DNA of 64,000 bases from Treponemataceae bacterium (GTDB lineage: Bacteria > Spirochaetota > Spirochaetia > Treponematales > Rectinemataceae), in contig CAXXGJ010000038.1 in NCBI GenBank assembly GCA_963677895.2, positions 64,001-128,000 on the forward strand, read 5' to 3'. The position numbers were made by a program, and so were the translations under genes. Within the stretch, counting starts at the first letter, position 1. The number at the start of each line of letters is the position of its first letter. This document shows, one piece after another, positions 30,475 to 39,599 of the stretch. The notes below the pieces were generated by a model. The model searched no databases and was not told the DNA's origin. It saw only the letters and a program-made list of their open reading frames with translations.

Positions 30475-32427
30475 ATGGAAGAATCGGCGGACGAGGGCGG
30501 CGAGGGGCATCGCGGCGACAGGGCAAAGATCGCCGTAGGCGTCGGGAGTTCTCCCAACTCGGCGCGCTTGGTGCGTTGGGCGCAGCGTGCGGCGGCCGGT
30601 CTACACGTGGACTGGATTGCCTTTCATGTCGATGGCGGAGTTCTGCTAGGCAGCAAGGACAGAGAGCGCCTGGAGGCCAATCTCGATTTAGCGAGGAACC
30701 TGGGCGCCCAAGTGGCGACGATAGTCGGATCCGACGTGGTGAGGGCTTTGATAGACGGGGCCAAGGCTAAAAGCGCAACGATGCTCGTTATAGGGCGTTC
30801 TGGGCTGTCCCGCCTCGGCCACTTTTGGGCAAGGGCGACCATCTCAGACAGAATCCTTCGGGAAGCCGGTCCGCTCGATGTCGTTGTAGTGAGTGATTCG
30901 AAGGAAGCTGGCAATGATTTTACCCTCGCGTCCATCCGGAAGACATTCAGCGCGCCTTTTCGCCAGTACGGCCTTCTCCTTCTGGTATTTGCTCTCGCAA
31001 CAATCATCTGTCTGGTTCTCGCGCCGGTTACGGGGCATAGGAGCGTCGCTTTTCTCTATCTCGCGGCCGTGCTCTTTCTCTCGCTCGTATCGGGGCCTGG
31101 GCCGGTGGTCTTGCTCGCCATCTTGTCATCCCTCGCGTACAATTTCTTTTTCATTCCGCCGCGTTTCACGTTCGCGATCTCATCTCCTGAGGACATTCTC
31201 CTTTTTGGGCTTTATTTCCTTGTAGCGGCGGTAACGGGTTCCCTCTCCGCTGGGTTGCGATCGCGGGAGCGACTTCTCCAGCGAAGGGACAGGGAAGCAT
31301 CGCTGCTATTGGCCGCCGCCGAGCGGCTCTCCGAACTCAGCTCGATACGGGATGCGGCGGCGGCTTCGGCTACGCTCGTGGAAGGCTACAATGCCGCCCC
31401 CGCGGTCGTGTACGTTGTCGGCGATCTAACCAGGCAAGGGCTCTTTTTTGCCAGCGGTGCAGAGAACCTTGAGGAAATCGACAGGAAGGCGGCGAAGTAC
31501 TGTGCCGAAGAAAGCGAAGTATGCGGCGAGGGAACGGATCGCTTTCCGGAATCGTCCTACCGTTTTATACCGGCGCGGGCGCGGTCGAGCGCGGTGGCTG
31601 CCATCGGGGTTTCCCGCAATAGAAAGCGGAATAATTTCCAGTCCGGAGATGATGAGCTTTTCGCTGCTCTCGGAAGAAGTCTCGCCCTGTTCATAGAGAG
31701 GGAACGTTCCGAAGAAGCATCGAGGATAGCCACGCTCGAACTTGAATCGGAGCGTCTCGCGAAAGTGCTCTTCGATTCCGTATCCCATGAGCTCAAGACG
31801 CCCCTTACGACTATTACTGGTTCCTTAAGCGCCCTGAGGGACGAGGCGATAGCTTCCAATCCCGCGGCGAGACTGGAACTGCTCGAGGGCGCCCTCAGTT
31901 CGGCCGGACATCTGAATGAGATTGTGGAGGATTTTCTTTCCATTGGAAGGATGGAATCGGGGAGACTGAGGTTGAAGTGTAACCTGACCGAGGCGAGAGA
32001 CCTCGCCGCGGCGGCGACCGCCGCTGCGGCGGAGTCTCTCGCGGGGCGACGAGTGAATGTCTTTCTTCCAGAGAACCCCTGCGATTTCCGGGTTGACGTT
32101 GTTTTAGTAGTTCGGCTCATAAAGAACCTTCTGGAGAACGCCTGCCGTTATTCCCGCAAAAACGGTTTTGTGGAACTGCGTCTCATATCCCGAGACAATG
32201 GTCTCGTGATTACCGTCGCGGATGAAGGACCCGGTTTTGGAGACGAGCGGATGAGGGCGCCTTTCGTGAAGTTTAAGCGCGCCGAAGGCGACGCTCCAGG
32301 GGGGCTCGGTCTCGGACTCGCGATGTGCAGGGGAATAGTTGAGGCACATGGAGGCAGCATAGCGGCTCGCCGGTCCGCAGGCGGATTCGAGGTTGAAGCG
32401 ATTTTCCCGAACTGCCAAGGAGGGTAA
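30475..32427 (+). CDS. kdpD: KdpD-like sensor histidine kinase lacking the N-terminal KdpD domain
   Basis: Usp domain (SPNSARLVRWA, LARNLGA, LVIGRS), 4-TM region (NFFFIPPRFTF), GAF-like region, SVSHELKTPL, NLLENACRY, GLGLGLAMC. Confidence 0.9.
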   Translation: MEESADEGGEGHRGDRAKIAVGVGSSPNSARLVRWAQRAAAGLHVDWIAFHVDGGVLLGSKDRERLEANLDLARNLGAQVATIVGSDVVRALIDGAKAKSATMLVIGRSGLSRLGHFWARATISDRILREAGPLDVVVVSDSKEAGNDFTLASIRKTFSAPFRQYGLLLLVFALATIICLVLAPVTGHRSVAFLYLAAVLFLSLVSGPGPVVLLAILSSLAYNFFFIPPRFTFAISSPEDILLFGLYFLVAAVTGSLSAGLRSRERLLQRRDREASLLLAAAERLSELSSIRDAAAASATLVEGYNAAPAVVYVVGDLTRQGLFFASGAENLEEIDRKAAKYCAEESEVCGEGTDRFPESSYRFIPARARSSAVAAIGVSRNRKRNNFQSGDDELFAALGRSLALFIERERSEEASRIATLELESERLAKVLFDSVSHELKTPLTTITGSLSALRDEAIASNPAARLELLEGALSSAGHLNEIVEDFLSIGRMESGRLRLKCNLTEARDLAAAATAAAAESLAGRRVNVFLPENPCDFRVDVVLVVRLIKNLLENACRYSRKNGFVELRLISRDNGLVITVADEGPGFGDERMRAPFVKFKRAEGDAPGGLGLGLAMCRGIVEAHGGSIAARRSAGGFEVEAIFPNCQGG

Positions 32428-32432
32428 GAATT

Positions 32433-33113
32433 GTGCGAGTCCTCGTCATAGACGATGAAGTCAGGATACGCCGACTTCTCTCCATCGCCCTTGGGAGCAA
32501 GGGCTGGGAAGTCTTCGAGGCGCCAAACGGCTTCGAAGGCATCCAAGCTATCATGGCGTCCAAACCAGATGTCGTCCTTCTCGATCTAAATCTTCCGGAC
32601 ATGGGCGGCGCAGAGTTGCTTCGCAGCGTCAGAGGCTGGAGCAGCGTTCCAGTCGTGATTGTCTCGGTGCGCGATTCCCAGGACGATATAATAGCCCTTT
32701 TGGACGCTGGCGCCGACGACTACATTGTAAAACCTTTCTATACGGACGAAGTATTCGCGCGTCTGTCAGCGGTGTGCAGAAGGAAATGGCAGGATGGCGG
32801 TTCCATCTATCGCAGAGGAGCCCTGGAAATGGACCTCGGGAAGCGGCACATCGCTAGAAACGGCGAGGAAATCCATCTTACGAACACCGAATACGCTGTC
32901 CTGGAGATACTTCTACGCCATGCGGGGAAGATCGTCACGAGGGATAGACTCCTGAGGGAAGTATGGGGTCCCGCGGGCGAAGCGGAGGAGGGTAGCCTGC
33001 GCGTCCATATTCGGGCTCTCAGAAGAAAACTCGAAGAAGACGATGAGCATCCTTCGCTCATCGTAACAGAGCCCGGTGTCGGTTACAGGGTAGCGATTTC
33101 AGAATCACCCTGA
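32433..33113 (+). CDS. kdpE: KdpE-like OmpR-family response regulator
   Basis: IDDE, LDLNLPD, GADDYIVKPF, IHLT..EY, LRVHI..LRRKLE, IVTEPGVGYR. Confidence 0.92.
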   Translation: MRVLVIDDEVRIRRLLSIALGSKGWEVFEAPNGFEGIQAIMASKPDVVLLDLNLPDMGGAELLRSVRGWSSVPVVIVSVRDSQDDIIALLDAGADDYIVKPFYTDEVFARLSAVCRRKWQDGGSIYRRGALEMDLGKRHIARNGEEIHLTNTEYAVLEILLRHAGKIVTRDRLLREVWGPAGEAEEGSLRVHIRALRRKLEEDDEHPSLIVTEPGVGYRVAISESP

Positions 33114-33143
33114 CATGGGAGTAATTCGGAAAAATGGTGAGTT

Positions 33144-33174
33144 AAAAAAAGGGCTGCCGGTTTTCGGCAGCCCT
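33144..33174 (-). terminator. intrinsic terminator of the EF-G paralogue (convergent with kdpE)
   Basis: AAAAAAAGGGCTGCCG-GTTTT-CGGCAGCCCT. Confidence 0.8.
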
Positions 33175-33199
33175 CGTCATTACATGATGAAATACCGAA

Positions 33200-35296
33200 T
33201 CACTCTTCCTCGGCCTCGGCCGTCTTGAAGGCCTGGGCGGCTTTGATGACATCCTCGGCGATCTTGCCGGAGATGGGAGCGTAATGGGAAAAATCGACTT
33301 CGAACGAAGCGGTTCCCGAGGTCATGGAGCGGAGATCGATGGCGTAGCGGAGAAGCTCGGCTTGGGGAACCTGCGCGTCGACTTCGACAATGCCGCCGCC
33401 GATGGGGTTGCTGCCGGAAATCCTGCCCCTGCGGCCCGAGAGATCCGACATGACGTCGCCGAGATTTTTTTCTTCCGCGAAGACCTTGAGGTCCATGATA
33501 GGCTCCAGGAGGGTGGGGTTGGCGGTCTTGGACGCTTCGCGGAAAGCGCCTCTGGACGCCAGCTTGAAGGCCATTTCTGAGGAATCCACGGGATGTTCCT
33601 TGCCGTCCGTGATGGCGGTTTTCACGTCCACGACGGGGTAGCCCGCGACCACGCCGTTTTCCATCGCCTGATGGATGCCTTTCTCGATGCCGGGAATAAA
33701 GCCGCGGGATACGGACTGACCGAACAGCTTATTCTCGAACTGATAGCCTGCGCCCCGCTCCAAAGGTTCGACCTCGAAGACTACGCGAGCGTACTGGCCA
33801 TGGCCGCCAGTCTGCTTTTTATGCGTATACTCAGCGCCGGATTTCTTGGTTATGGTTTCCCGGTAGGCAACGCGAGGAATCCTCGTCTCGGCCATGATCT
33901 TGGCTTGATTCCTGATCTTGTCGAGGATCATGGTGATCTGAAGATCGCCCATGCCCGCGATGACGGTTTCCTTGGTCTCGACATTGTAGTTTACCTGGAA
34001 GGTCAAATCTTCCTCGGCCGCTTTCAGGAGGAGCTCGTTCAGCTTATCCTCTTCCTTCTTATTGGCGGCGGAGATGGCGACGAGATGGACGGGGGTAGGG
34101 AGCTTCAGGGGTTTGAAGGAGTAGGGCCGATCCATCGCGGAAATGGTATCGTTCGTCTTGAGGCTCGCGGCTTTCGCGATGATGCCGATGTCGCCGGCGA
34201 CGAGCGCCTGGGTTTCCTCGATTTTTTTGCCCTGCGCCGTATAGAGCTTGGAAAGGCGATCCTTTCTGCCGTCGCGCACGTTGACGAATTCGAGTTCCGG
34301 CACGAGGGAGCCGGTGAAAACCTTCACGATGGAAAGGCGGCCCGAAAACTGGTCGATCTGCGTCTTGATGACCATGGCGGTCGCCGGCTTGGCGGCATCA
34401 ACGGATACCTCCATCATGTTGCCGTCGAAATCCTTTACTTCCTCGGCTCCATGAGAGAGGGGAGTGGGCGCCATGAGGGCCAGGAAATCGATAAGAGCGG
34501 CCGTGCCGATGTTCTTGAGTCCGGAACCGGCGAAGGCGGGGACAATTTTCGCGAGAGAGAGGGCGGCGCGGAGGCCGAGAATCATGTCTTCCTGGCTCAG
34601 TTCTCCCTGGTCAAGGTATTTTTCCATGAGGGCGTCTTCGCCTTCGGCCGCGGCTTCGAAAAGCTGGAGCCTGGCGGTTTCCAGCGCTTCCTTATATTCG
34701 GCCGGAACATCGGTGACGATCTCTTTCTGGTCGCCCGCGGCCGGCTTCATATACGCTTTCGCGTTGATGACATCGATAACGCCTTTGATTTCCAATCCTT
34801 CGCCCATGGGGATCGTGACGGGAACCGGCGCGATCTTGAACTTGGCTTTTATATCCTCAAGGCATGCGCCGAAGGACGCGCGATCCTCATCCATCCTGGT
34901 TATGAATACCATGCGCGGCTTGGAACGGCTGTCCAGATTTCTCCAGAGCTTGATGGTCTCGATCTGGACGCCCGATCTGGCGTCGATCAGGAGGAGGGCA
35001 CTCTCGCAAGCCCTGAATGCGAGAATGACCTCGCCTACGAAATCCGAGGATCCGGGCGTGTCGATGAAGTTGATCTTGGTGTCTCTGACGACGCAATGCG
35101 TCAGCGTTGAGCGAACTGATATCTTGCGCGCGATTTCGTCCTCACCGAAATCGCTGACAGTCTTGCCGGATTCGATGGTTTCTGGCTTGGATATCACTCC
35201 GCCCTGAAAGAGAATGTGTTCGAGCAGCGTTGTCTTGCCGGTACTCCCGTGGCCGGCTATGGCGATGTTTCTGATCTGATCGGTTGCGAACGACAT
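33200..35296 (-). CDS. fusA2: elongation factor G paralogue (EF-G2 type)
   Basis: IRNIAIAGHGSTGKTT, DTPG, VAYRETI, KKQTGGHGQYA, VDSSEMAF, LLEPI. Divergent switch I and G4; not in a str operon. Confidence 0.9.
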   Translation of the reverse strand: MSFATDQIRNIAIAGHGSTGKTTLLEHILFQGGVISKPETIESGKTVSDFGEDEIARKISVRSTLTHCVVRDTKINFIDTPGSSDFVGEVILAFRACESALLLIDARSGVQIETIKLWRNLDSRSKPRMVFITRMDEDRASFGACLEDIKAKFKIAPVPVTIPMGEGLEIKGVIDVINAKAYMKPAAGDQKEIVTDVPAEYKEALETARLQLFEAAAEGEDALMEKYLDQGELSQEDMILGLRAALSLAKIVPAFAGSGLKNIGTAALIDFLALMAPTPLSHGAEEVKDFDGNMMEVSVDAAKPATAMVIKTQIDQFSGRLSIVKVFTGSLVPELEFVNVRDGRKDRLSKLYTAQGKKIEETQALVAGDIGIIAKAASLKTNDTISAMDRPYSFKPLKLPTPVHLVAISAANKKEEDKLNELLLKAAEEDLTFQVNYNVETKETVIAGMGDLQITMILDKIRNQAKIMAETRIPRVAYRETITKKSGAEYTHKKQTGGHGQYARVVFEVEPLERGAGYQFENKLFGQSVSRGFIPGIEKGIHQAMENGVVAGYPVVDVKTAITDGKEHPVDSSEMAFKLASRGAFREASKTANPTLLEPIMDLKVFAEEKNLGDVMSDLSGRRGRISGSNPIGGGIVEVDAQVPQAELLRYAIDLRSMTSGTASFEVDFSHYAPISGKIAEDVIKAAQAFKTAEAEEE

Positions 35297-35455
35297 AGTG
35301 ACTCCTTGCAGGGTGGCAGATATGGTAATCCCTATTTATTTATAAGGAAACTCAAATATTATAAGTCATATTTCCCGGCTGTCAACAGTCGTGTTTTATA
35401 AAAACTATATTGACAATGGCCGCTGATTCGGTCTAGCGTACCCCATAGCAAAAAA

Positions 35456-35528
35456 CGGGACGTAGCCTAGGGGCTAAGGCGTCTGCTTTGGGAGCAGAAG
35501 ATCGGAGGTTCAAATCCTCTCGTCCCGA
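35456..35528 (+). tRNA. tRNA-Pro(TGG)
   Basis: CGGGACG...TCTGC-TTTGGGA-GCAGA...GGTTCAAATCC...CGTCCCGA; TTGACA at 35410 upstream. Confidence 0.95.
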
Positions 35529-35550
35529 CTACGTACCTTTAAAGTCGATT

Positions 35551-35624
35551 GGGATCATAGCTCAACTGGATAGAGCAACTGCCTTCTAAGCAGTAGGTCG
35601 GGGGTTCGAGCCCCTCTGGTCCCA
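35551..35624 (+). tRNA. tRNA-Arg(TCT)
   Basis: GGGATCATAGCTCAACTGGATAGAGCAACTGC-CTTCTAA-GCAGT...GTTCGAG...TGGTCCCA. Confidence 0.96.
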
Positions 35625-35892
35625 TCTTTCCCTCCTCCTTTTTGATACACATCCATCCGCCGATGAGCTTCTCCCGCATTACCAAACCCGGGGTTCAATC
35701 TATACAGTGTAATCAATATGTTTCGCTAAAATTTTATTGTAAAGTTGATTGACAATTCAATATCCCGAATATAGTCTATCCATGCTTTTTATATCGATCC
35801 GCCTTGGCGTGAGAATTGATCGTCAAATCTTGATTCATGGCATCGCGTCGATGTAATCAACGCAGATTCTAATTTTCCGAAAAAGAGGGAGT

Positions 35893-37758
35893 ATGCAGGA
35901 AAACGAAAAAAAAGGAATCAGCCGCAGGGAGTTCGTAAAGCTTGTCGGAACCGGAGCGGCGGTTGTGGCCGGAGCCACGATAGTTCAGCCCTTGGCCGCG
36001 GATACCGGCAAAGTCGCTGATGCGAAAACCGTTAAGCCGACGCCCGCCGATCTGCCCAGGAAATGGGATCTGGAGGCCGATGTCGTGGTGCTAGGTGCCG
36101 GTGCCGTCGGACTTCCGGCCGCGATCAGGGCCGCCAAAGCCGGCGCTTCCGTCATCATCGTCGAAGCGAACTATGATATCGGCGGTCACGCTATCATCTC
36201 TGGCGGTAACGTTCCCCTTGGCGGCGGAACCAGCTTCCAGAAGAAATATGGCATAAATGACGATGCCGAAACGCTGTTCCGCGATCTTACGGACTGGTCG
36301 GTGGTGGAGGTGAGCGGCATGCCCGATTACCGCTACAACGACAGGGCCGTGCAGCGGGCCTTGGCCGACAATGAAGCCCAGACCTTCGAGTTCCTCCTCG
36401 CCCAGGGCGTCCCCTTTGTGGACAAAAGCCCCGACAATTCCGGCGGACATGCCGTGGGTGTATCCGCGAAACGCGAGCACCATTGCGTATGGACCAAGGG
36501 ACAGAACGCCGAGAGTCCAGCCGGAGCCGGCGGCACGACCCTCATGCGCGCCCTCGAAGACAGCGCCAGGAAAGCGGGCGTGAAGTTCCTGCTCAACTAC
36601 CACATGAACACCATCTACCGCGAACATCCGGATTCCGGCAGGGTATTGGGCATCCAGGCCAACTATACCCCGACCCTTCTTCCGGGATCCCTGTCCCCGC
36701 TTCCGAGTTTCAGGTCCGACGGCAATCTGGGCCTGGACCTCGCCGAAGTGACGATCAAAGCCAAGAAAGCCGTCATCATCGGTACCGGCGGAAGCACGGG
36801 CCATGTCAATTTCCGCAGGATGTTCGATTCGAGGCTGACCGAGGAAATGCCGTTGGCCGGAGGCGAATATTCGCCCCAGGACGCATCGGGCGAGCTCGCC
36901 GCCATGGCTATCGGCGCGACCCTCTGGGGAACCGCGAACCAGACCTTAGACAGGAACGGCGCTCTCAGAAAACGCCCGATCATCGGCACCAGGACCAATT
37001 ATGTCGGATGGAAGAAAGAATCCCCTCTCTTCCCGAAAGTGAAAGCCACGGGACTGAACGTCCGCAGCTGGCAGGACGCCATCATCGTCAATCAGGTAGG
37101 CAAGCGCTTCTACAATGAGATGGAAGACGGCTATCCGAACGGAACGACAGAGGGATACCTGAAGCCGTACGTCCAGGGCGATTGGCGCAACGCGCAGAAC
37201 GCCAAATTTGCCCCGATGAACTATCCTGACGCCGCTCTCGCCATCAACGAGGGCTCCACGGCTCCGGATTACTCCGCTGGTCCCCAGTGGGCCATCTTCG
37301 ACGCGGCGGCGGTGAAGCGCGAAAAGTGGGTCATAGACGGAACCAGCGTTCATCCCGACTATTTCTTCAGCGCGCCCACCCTTGCCGAACTCGCTGCCAA
37401 GATCGAAGCCTGCCCCTATCAGAAAGTGAAGATGCCCGCGGGTAACCTCGAGGCGACGGTCGCCGAATACAATAAGGCGGTGGACCTCGGCGTGGACGAG
37501 GCTTTCGACAAGCCGAAGCCCCAGTACAAGATAGTAGAGGGACCTTTCTACGCGGCCTGGGCCACGATCACCGTACACGATACCTATGCCGGCCTGAGAA
37601 TCAACCAGGAATGCCAGGTCATGAACATGGACGGCGAGGTGATTCCCGGCCTGTACTGCGGCGGCGAATCCGCGGCCGGATGCAGCCAGCACGGCCTGGC
37701 CCGCTGCCTTACCCAAGGGTATATCGCGGGAGCCGTTGCCGCAAAAGAGTCTGTATAA
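35893..37758 (+). CDS. Tat-exported FAD-dependent oxidoreductase, flavocytochrome c (fumarate reductase/FAD_binding_2) flavin-subunit family
   Basis: SRREFVK twin-arginine signal; DVVVLGAGAVG, KAVIIGTGG, VNQVGKRFYNE, L.ATV.EYN, GPFYAA, IPGLYCGGE. Confidence 0.92.
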   Translation: MQENEKKGISRREFVKLVGTGAAVVAGATIVQPLAADTGKVADAKTVKPTPADLPRKWDLEADVVVLGAGAVGLPAAIRAAKAGASVIIVEANYDIGGHAIISGGNVPLGGGTSFQKKYGINDDAETLFRDLTDWSVVEVSGMPDYRYNDRAVQRALADNEAQTFEFLLAQGVPFVDKSPDNSGGHAVGVSAKREHHCVWTKGQNAESPAGAGGTTLMRALEDSARKAGVKFLLNYHMNTIYREHPDSGRVLGIQANYTPTLLPGSLSPLPSFRSDGNLGLDLAEVTIKAKKAVIIGTGGSTGHVNFRRMFDSRLTEEMPLAGGEYSPQDASGELAAMAIGATLWGTANQTLDRNGALRKRPIIGTRTNYVGWKKESPLFPKVKATGLNVRSWQDAIIVNQVGKRFYNEMEDGYPNGTTEGYLKPYVQGDWRNAQNAKFAPMNYPDAALAINEGSTAPDYSAGPQWAIFDAAAVKREKWVIDGTSVHPDYFFSAPTLAELAAKIEACPYQKVKMPAGNLEATVAEYNKAVDLGVDEAFDKPKPQYKIVEGPFYAAWATITVHDTYAGLRINQECQVMNMDGEVIPGLYCGGESAAGCSQHGLARCLTQGYIAGAVAAKESV

Positions 37759-37890
37759 ATAAGTAGCTTGTTTTCCATGGCCGACGGCGGGGGAAGGAAA
37801 CGGACAGTCTTCTTTTCCTCGCCGTTGACGCATGAATGCGGCGGACTTTCCGAGTCCGCCGAAGCATTTCTTCATTTTCGGGAGTCATAG

Positions 37891-38418
37891 ATGTTTTTCA
37901 ATGAAAAAACAATGCGGAACTGCGCGATTGCCGTGGCCGTTTCGCTCTCGGCCGTAATGTTCGGCTATGCTTCATCGGACATACGATCGGATACGGGATT
38001 CGTTTACGATTCCGGCATCCAGTCGATTCAGGTCCAGACCACGCCGACCACGGTACAGCCGGCCGACGCCACGAGCGGGGCCAGCGAGGCGGCGGAAGAG
38101 CCCGCTTCGGATGCCGTTTCGAGCGCCACCGATGAAAACGCCGTCAAGGATTCAGCTTATTGCCTGAAATGCCACGGTCCGTTCGAGAAACTCGCGGAGA
38201 GAACGGCGGATTATGTGACGGAGTGGGATGAAAAAGCGAATCCCCATGTATATGTGCCGCATGAATCGAAGACTATCGTGGATTGCGTGGAGTGCCATAC
38301 TCCGCATGATGTACCGTTCAAGGCCGATGAGGGCGCAGCCAAGCCGAATGTCAATTACTGCTATTCCTGCCATCACGCCGAGACGCTCGTCAACTGTAAT
38401 ACCTGCCATAACGAATAG
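37891..38418 (+). CDS. exported tetraheme cytochrome c (c3/Fcc heme-domain like)
   Basis: Signal peptide; four CxxCH motifs (CLKCH, CVECH, CYSCH, CNTCH) with NPH/PH distal His. Confidence 0.9.
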   Translation: MFFNEKTMRNCAIAVAVSLSAVMFGYASSDIRSDTGFVYDSGIQSIQVQTTPTTVQPADATSGASEAAEEPASDAVSSATDENAVKDSAYCLKCHGPFEKLAERTADYVTEWDEKANPHVYVPHESKTIVDCVECHTPHDVPFKADEGAAKPNVNYCYSCHHAETLVNCNTCHNE

Positions 38419-38430
38419 GCGATAAAATTG

Positions 38431-38474
38431 AATAGCGGGGAAGCGGCTCGATGCCTTCCGCTTTTTCCGCTATT
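38431..38474. terminator. hairpin between the convergent cytochrome and tatB genes
   Basis: AATAGCGGGGAAGCGG...CCGCTTTTTCCGCTATT imperfect inverted repeat. Confidence 0.65.
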
Positions 38475-38802
38475 CTCTTTGGCTTTCTTCCGCTAGTTTA
38501 TCCAGTTCTTCCTGCGTAGGCTCAGCCTTGGAAGGGTTTTCCGGTGACGGAGAGACTTGAGGGGCCGCCTCGGTTTTCTTGTCTTCAGCCTTCTGGTTGT
38601 CGGAATCCTGTACAGCCGCGGTTATATCCATCTGCCTCATGAAATCGTCTTTGACGGCGGTGATTTCCTTGAATATCTTTTTAGCCTGCGCGTAATAATG
38701 ACCAAGTTTCCTGAAAAAAGCCGGCAGATCATCGGGACGTATGACGATCATGATCAGGAGAACGATAATGGCTAATTCCGAAAAACCTATGCCGAACATC
38801 AT
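38470..38802 (-). CDS. tatB: TatB-like translocase subunit
   Basis: MFGIGFSELAII...PDDLPAFFRKLG; TM plus amphipathic helix plus acidic tail. Confidence 0.85.
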   Translation of the reverse strand: MMFGIGFSELAIIVLLIMIVIRPDDLPAFFRKLGHYYAQAKKIFKEITAVKDDFMRQMDITAAVQDSDNQKAEDKKTEAAPQVSPSPENPSKAEPTQEELDKLAEESQRE

Positions 38803-39599
38803 TTTTCTCCGAATTTGAAAATCTTCGCGATCAGAAGAGCGAGAAAATAGAGGACGGTCAGGGGAATAGCGACCCCCAGCTGGCTTATGAAATCGGGGGG
38901 CGTGATGATCGCGGACGCGATGAATATCGCCACTATTATGAAACGGCTCGCCTTTAGTACCGATTTGCGTTTCAAAATATTCAGCATGAGAAGAACTTCC
39001 ATGAGGAGCGGCGTCTGGAGAGCGAGCACGGACCAGAGAATGAAGGAGAACACATAGAAGATATTCGCCTGATAATTGAGAAGATAACCGACGTTTTTTG
39101 GAATGAAGTAGGGATTCGTCAGGAAGCTGATGGCGAGAGGGACGATCCTGAAGTAGGCGAGATAAGCCCCGAACACGATCAGGACGAGACTGGAGAATAA
39201 AGTCCAGAGGATCACCCGCTGATGGCGTTTTTCCACTCCCGGAAAGACGAAACGCAGAAGGTTGAAAATATGGACGGGAGACGAAAGGATAAGGCCGGCA
39301 TAGACGGCGATCTTCATCTGTGAGGAGAAACCTTCGATGATAGTCGTCACCACGAGCTTGCTTTCCACGGCGCTGGATACGGCGTTGAACTGCCTGGTGA
39401 ATATGCCGATTATTTTATCCGAAAAAACAAACGACGCGATGGCGCATGCGAGAAAAGAACCCATGGATATGAATATGAGCTTGCGCAGTTCCCTTACATG
39501 CTCGATGAAGGGCATAACCTTGCCGGGATTTTTCACGTCTGCTGTCATAGTCTTCTCGAGGTCAGAGGTTTCAGACTTTTGAATCTTTCTTGCCTTCAT
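38799..39599 (-). CDS. tatC: twin-arginine translocase TatC
   Basis: MPFIEHVRELR, AIITPPDFISQL, six hydrophobic segments. Start may be ATG 39548. Confidence 0.95.
   Translation of the reverse strand: MKARKIQKSETSDLEKTMTADVKNPGKVMPFIEHVRELRKLIFISMGSFLACAIASFVFSDKIIGIFTRQFNAVSSAVESKLVVTTIIEGFSSQMKIAVYAGLILSSPVHIFNLLRFVFPGVEKRHQRVILWTLFSSLVLIVFGAYLAYFRIVPLAISFLTNPYFIPKNVGYLLNYQANIFYVFSFILWSVLALQTPLLMEVLLMLNILKRKSVLKASRFIIVAIFIASAIITPPDFISQLGVAIPLTVLYFLALLIAKIFKFGEK

Noticed and set aside
33593..35110. Long antisense or alternate-frame ORFs (e.g. 505 aa here; also 14283-15692, 42735-44141, 49709-50875, 55141-56298, 58965-60194)
   Set aside because: Shadow ORFs of well-supported genes in GC3-rich DNA; no recognisable motifs or SD.
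35735..35860. FNR- or Rex-like boxes upstream of the flavoprotein (TTGAT/ATCAA words; TTGTAAAGTTGATTGACAA)
   Set aside because: Spacing does not match TTGAT-N4-ATCAA or the 18-bp Rex consensus.
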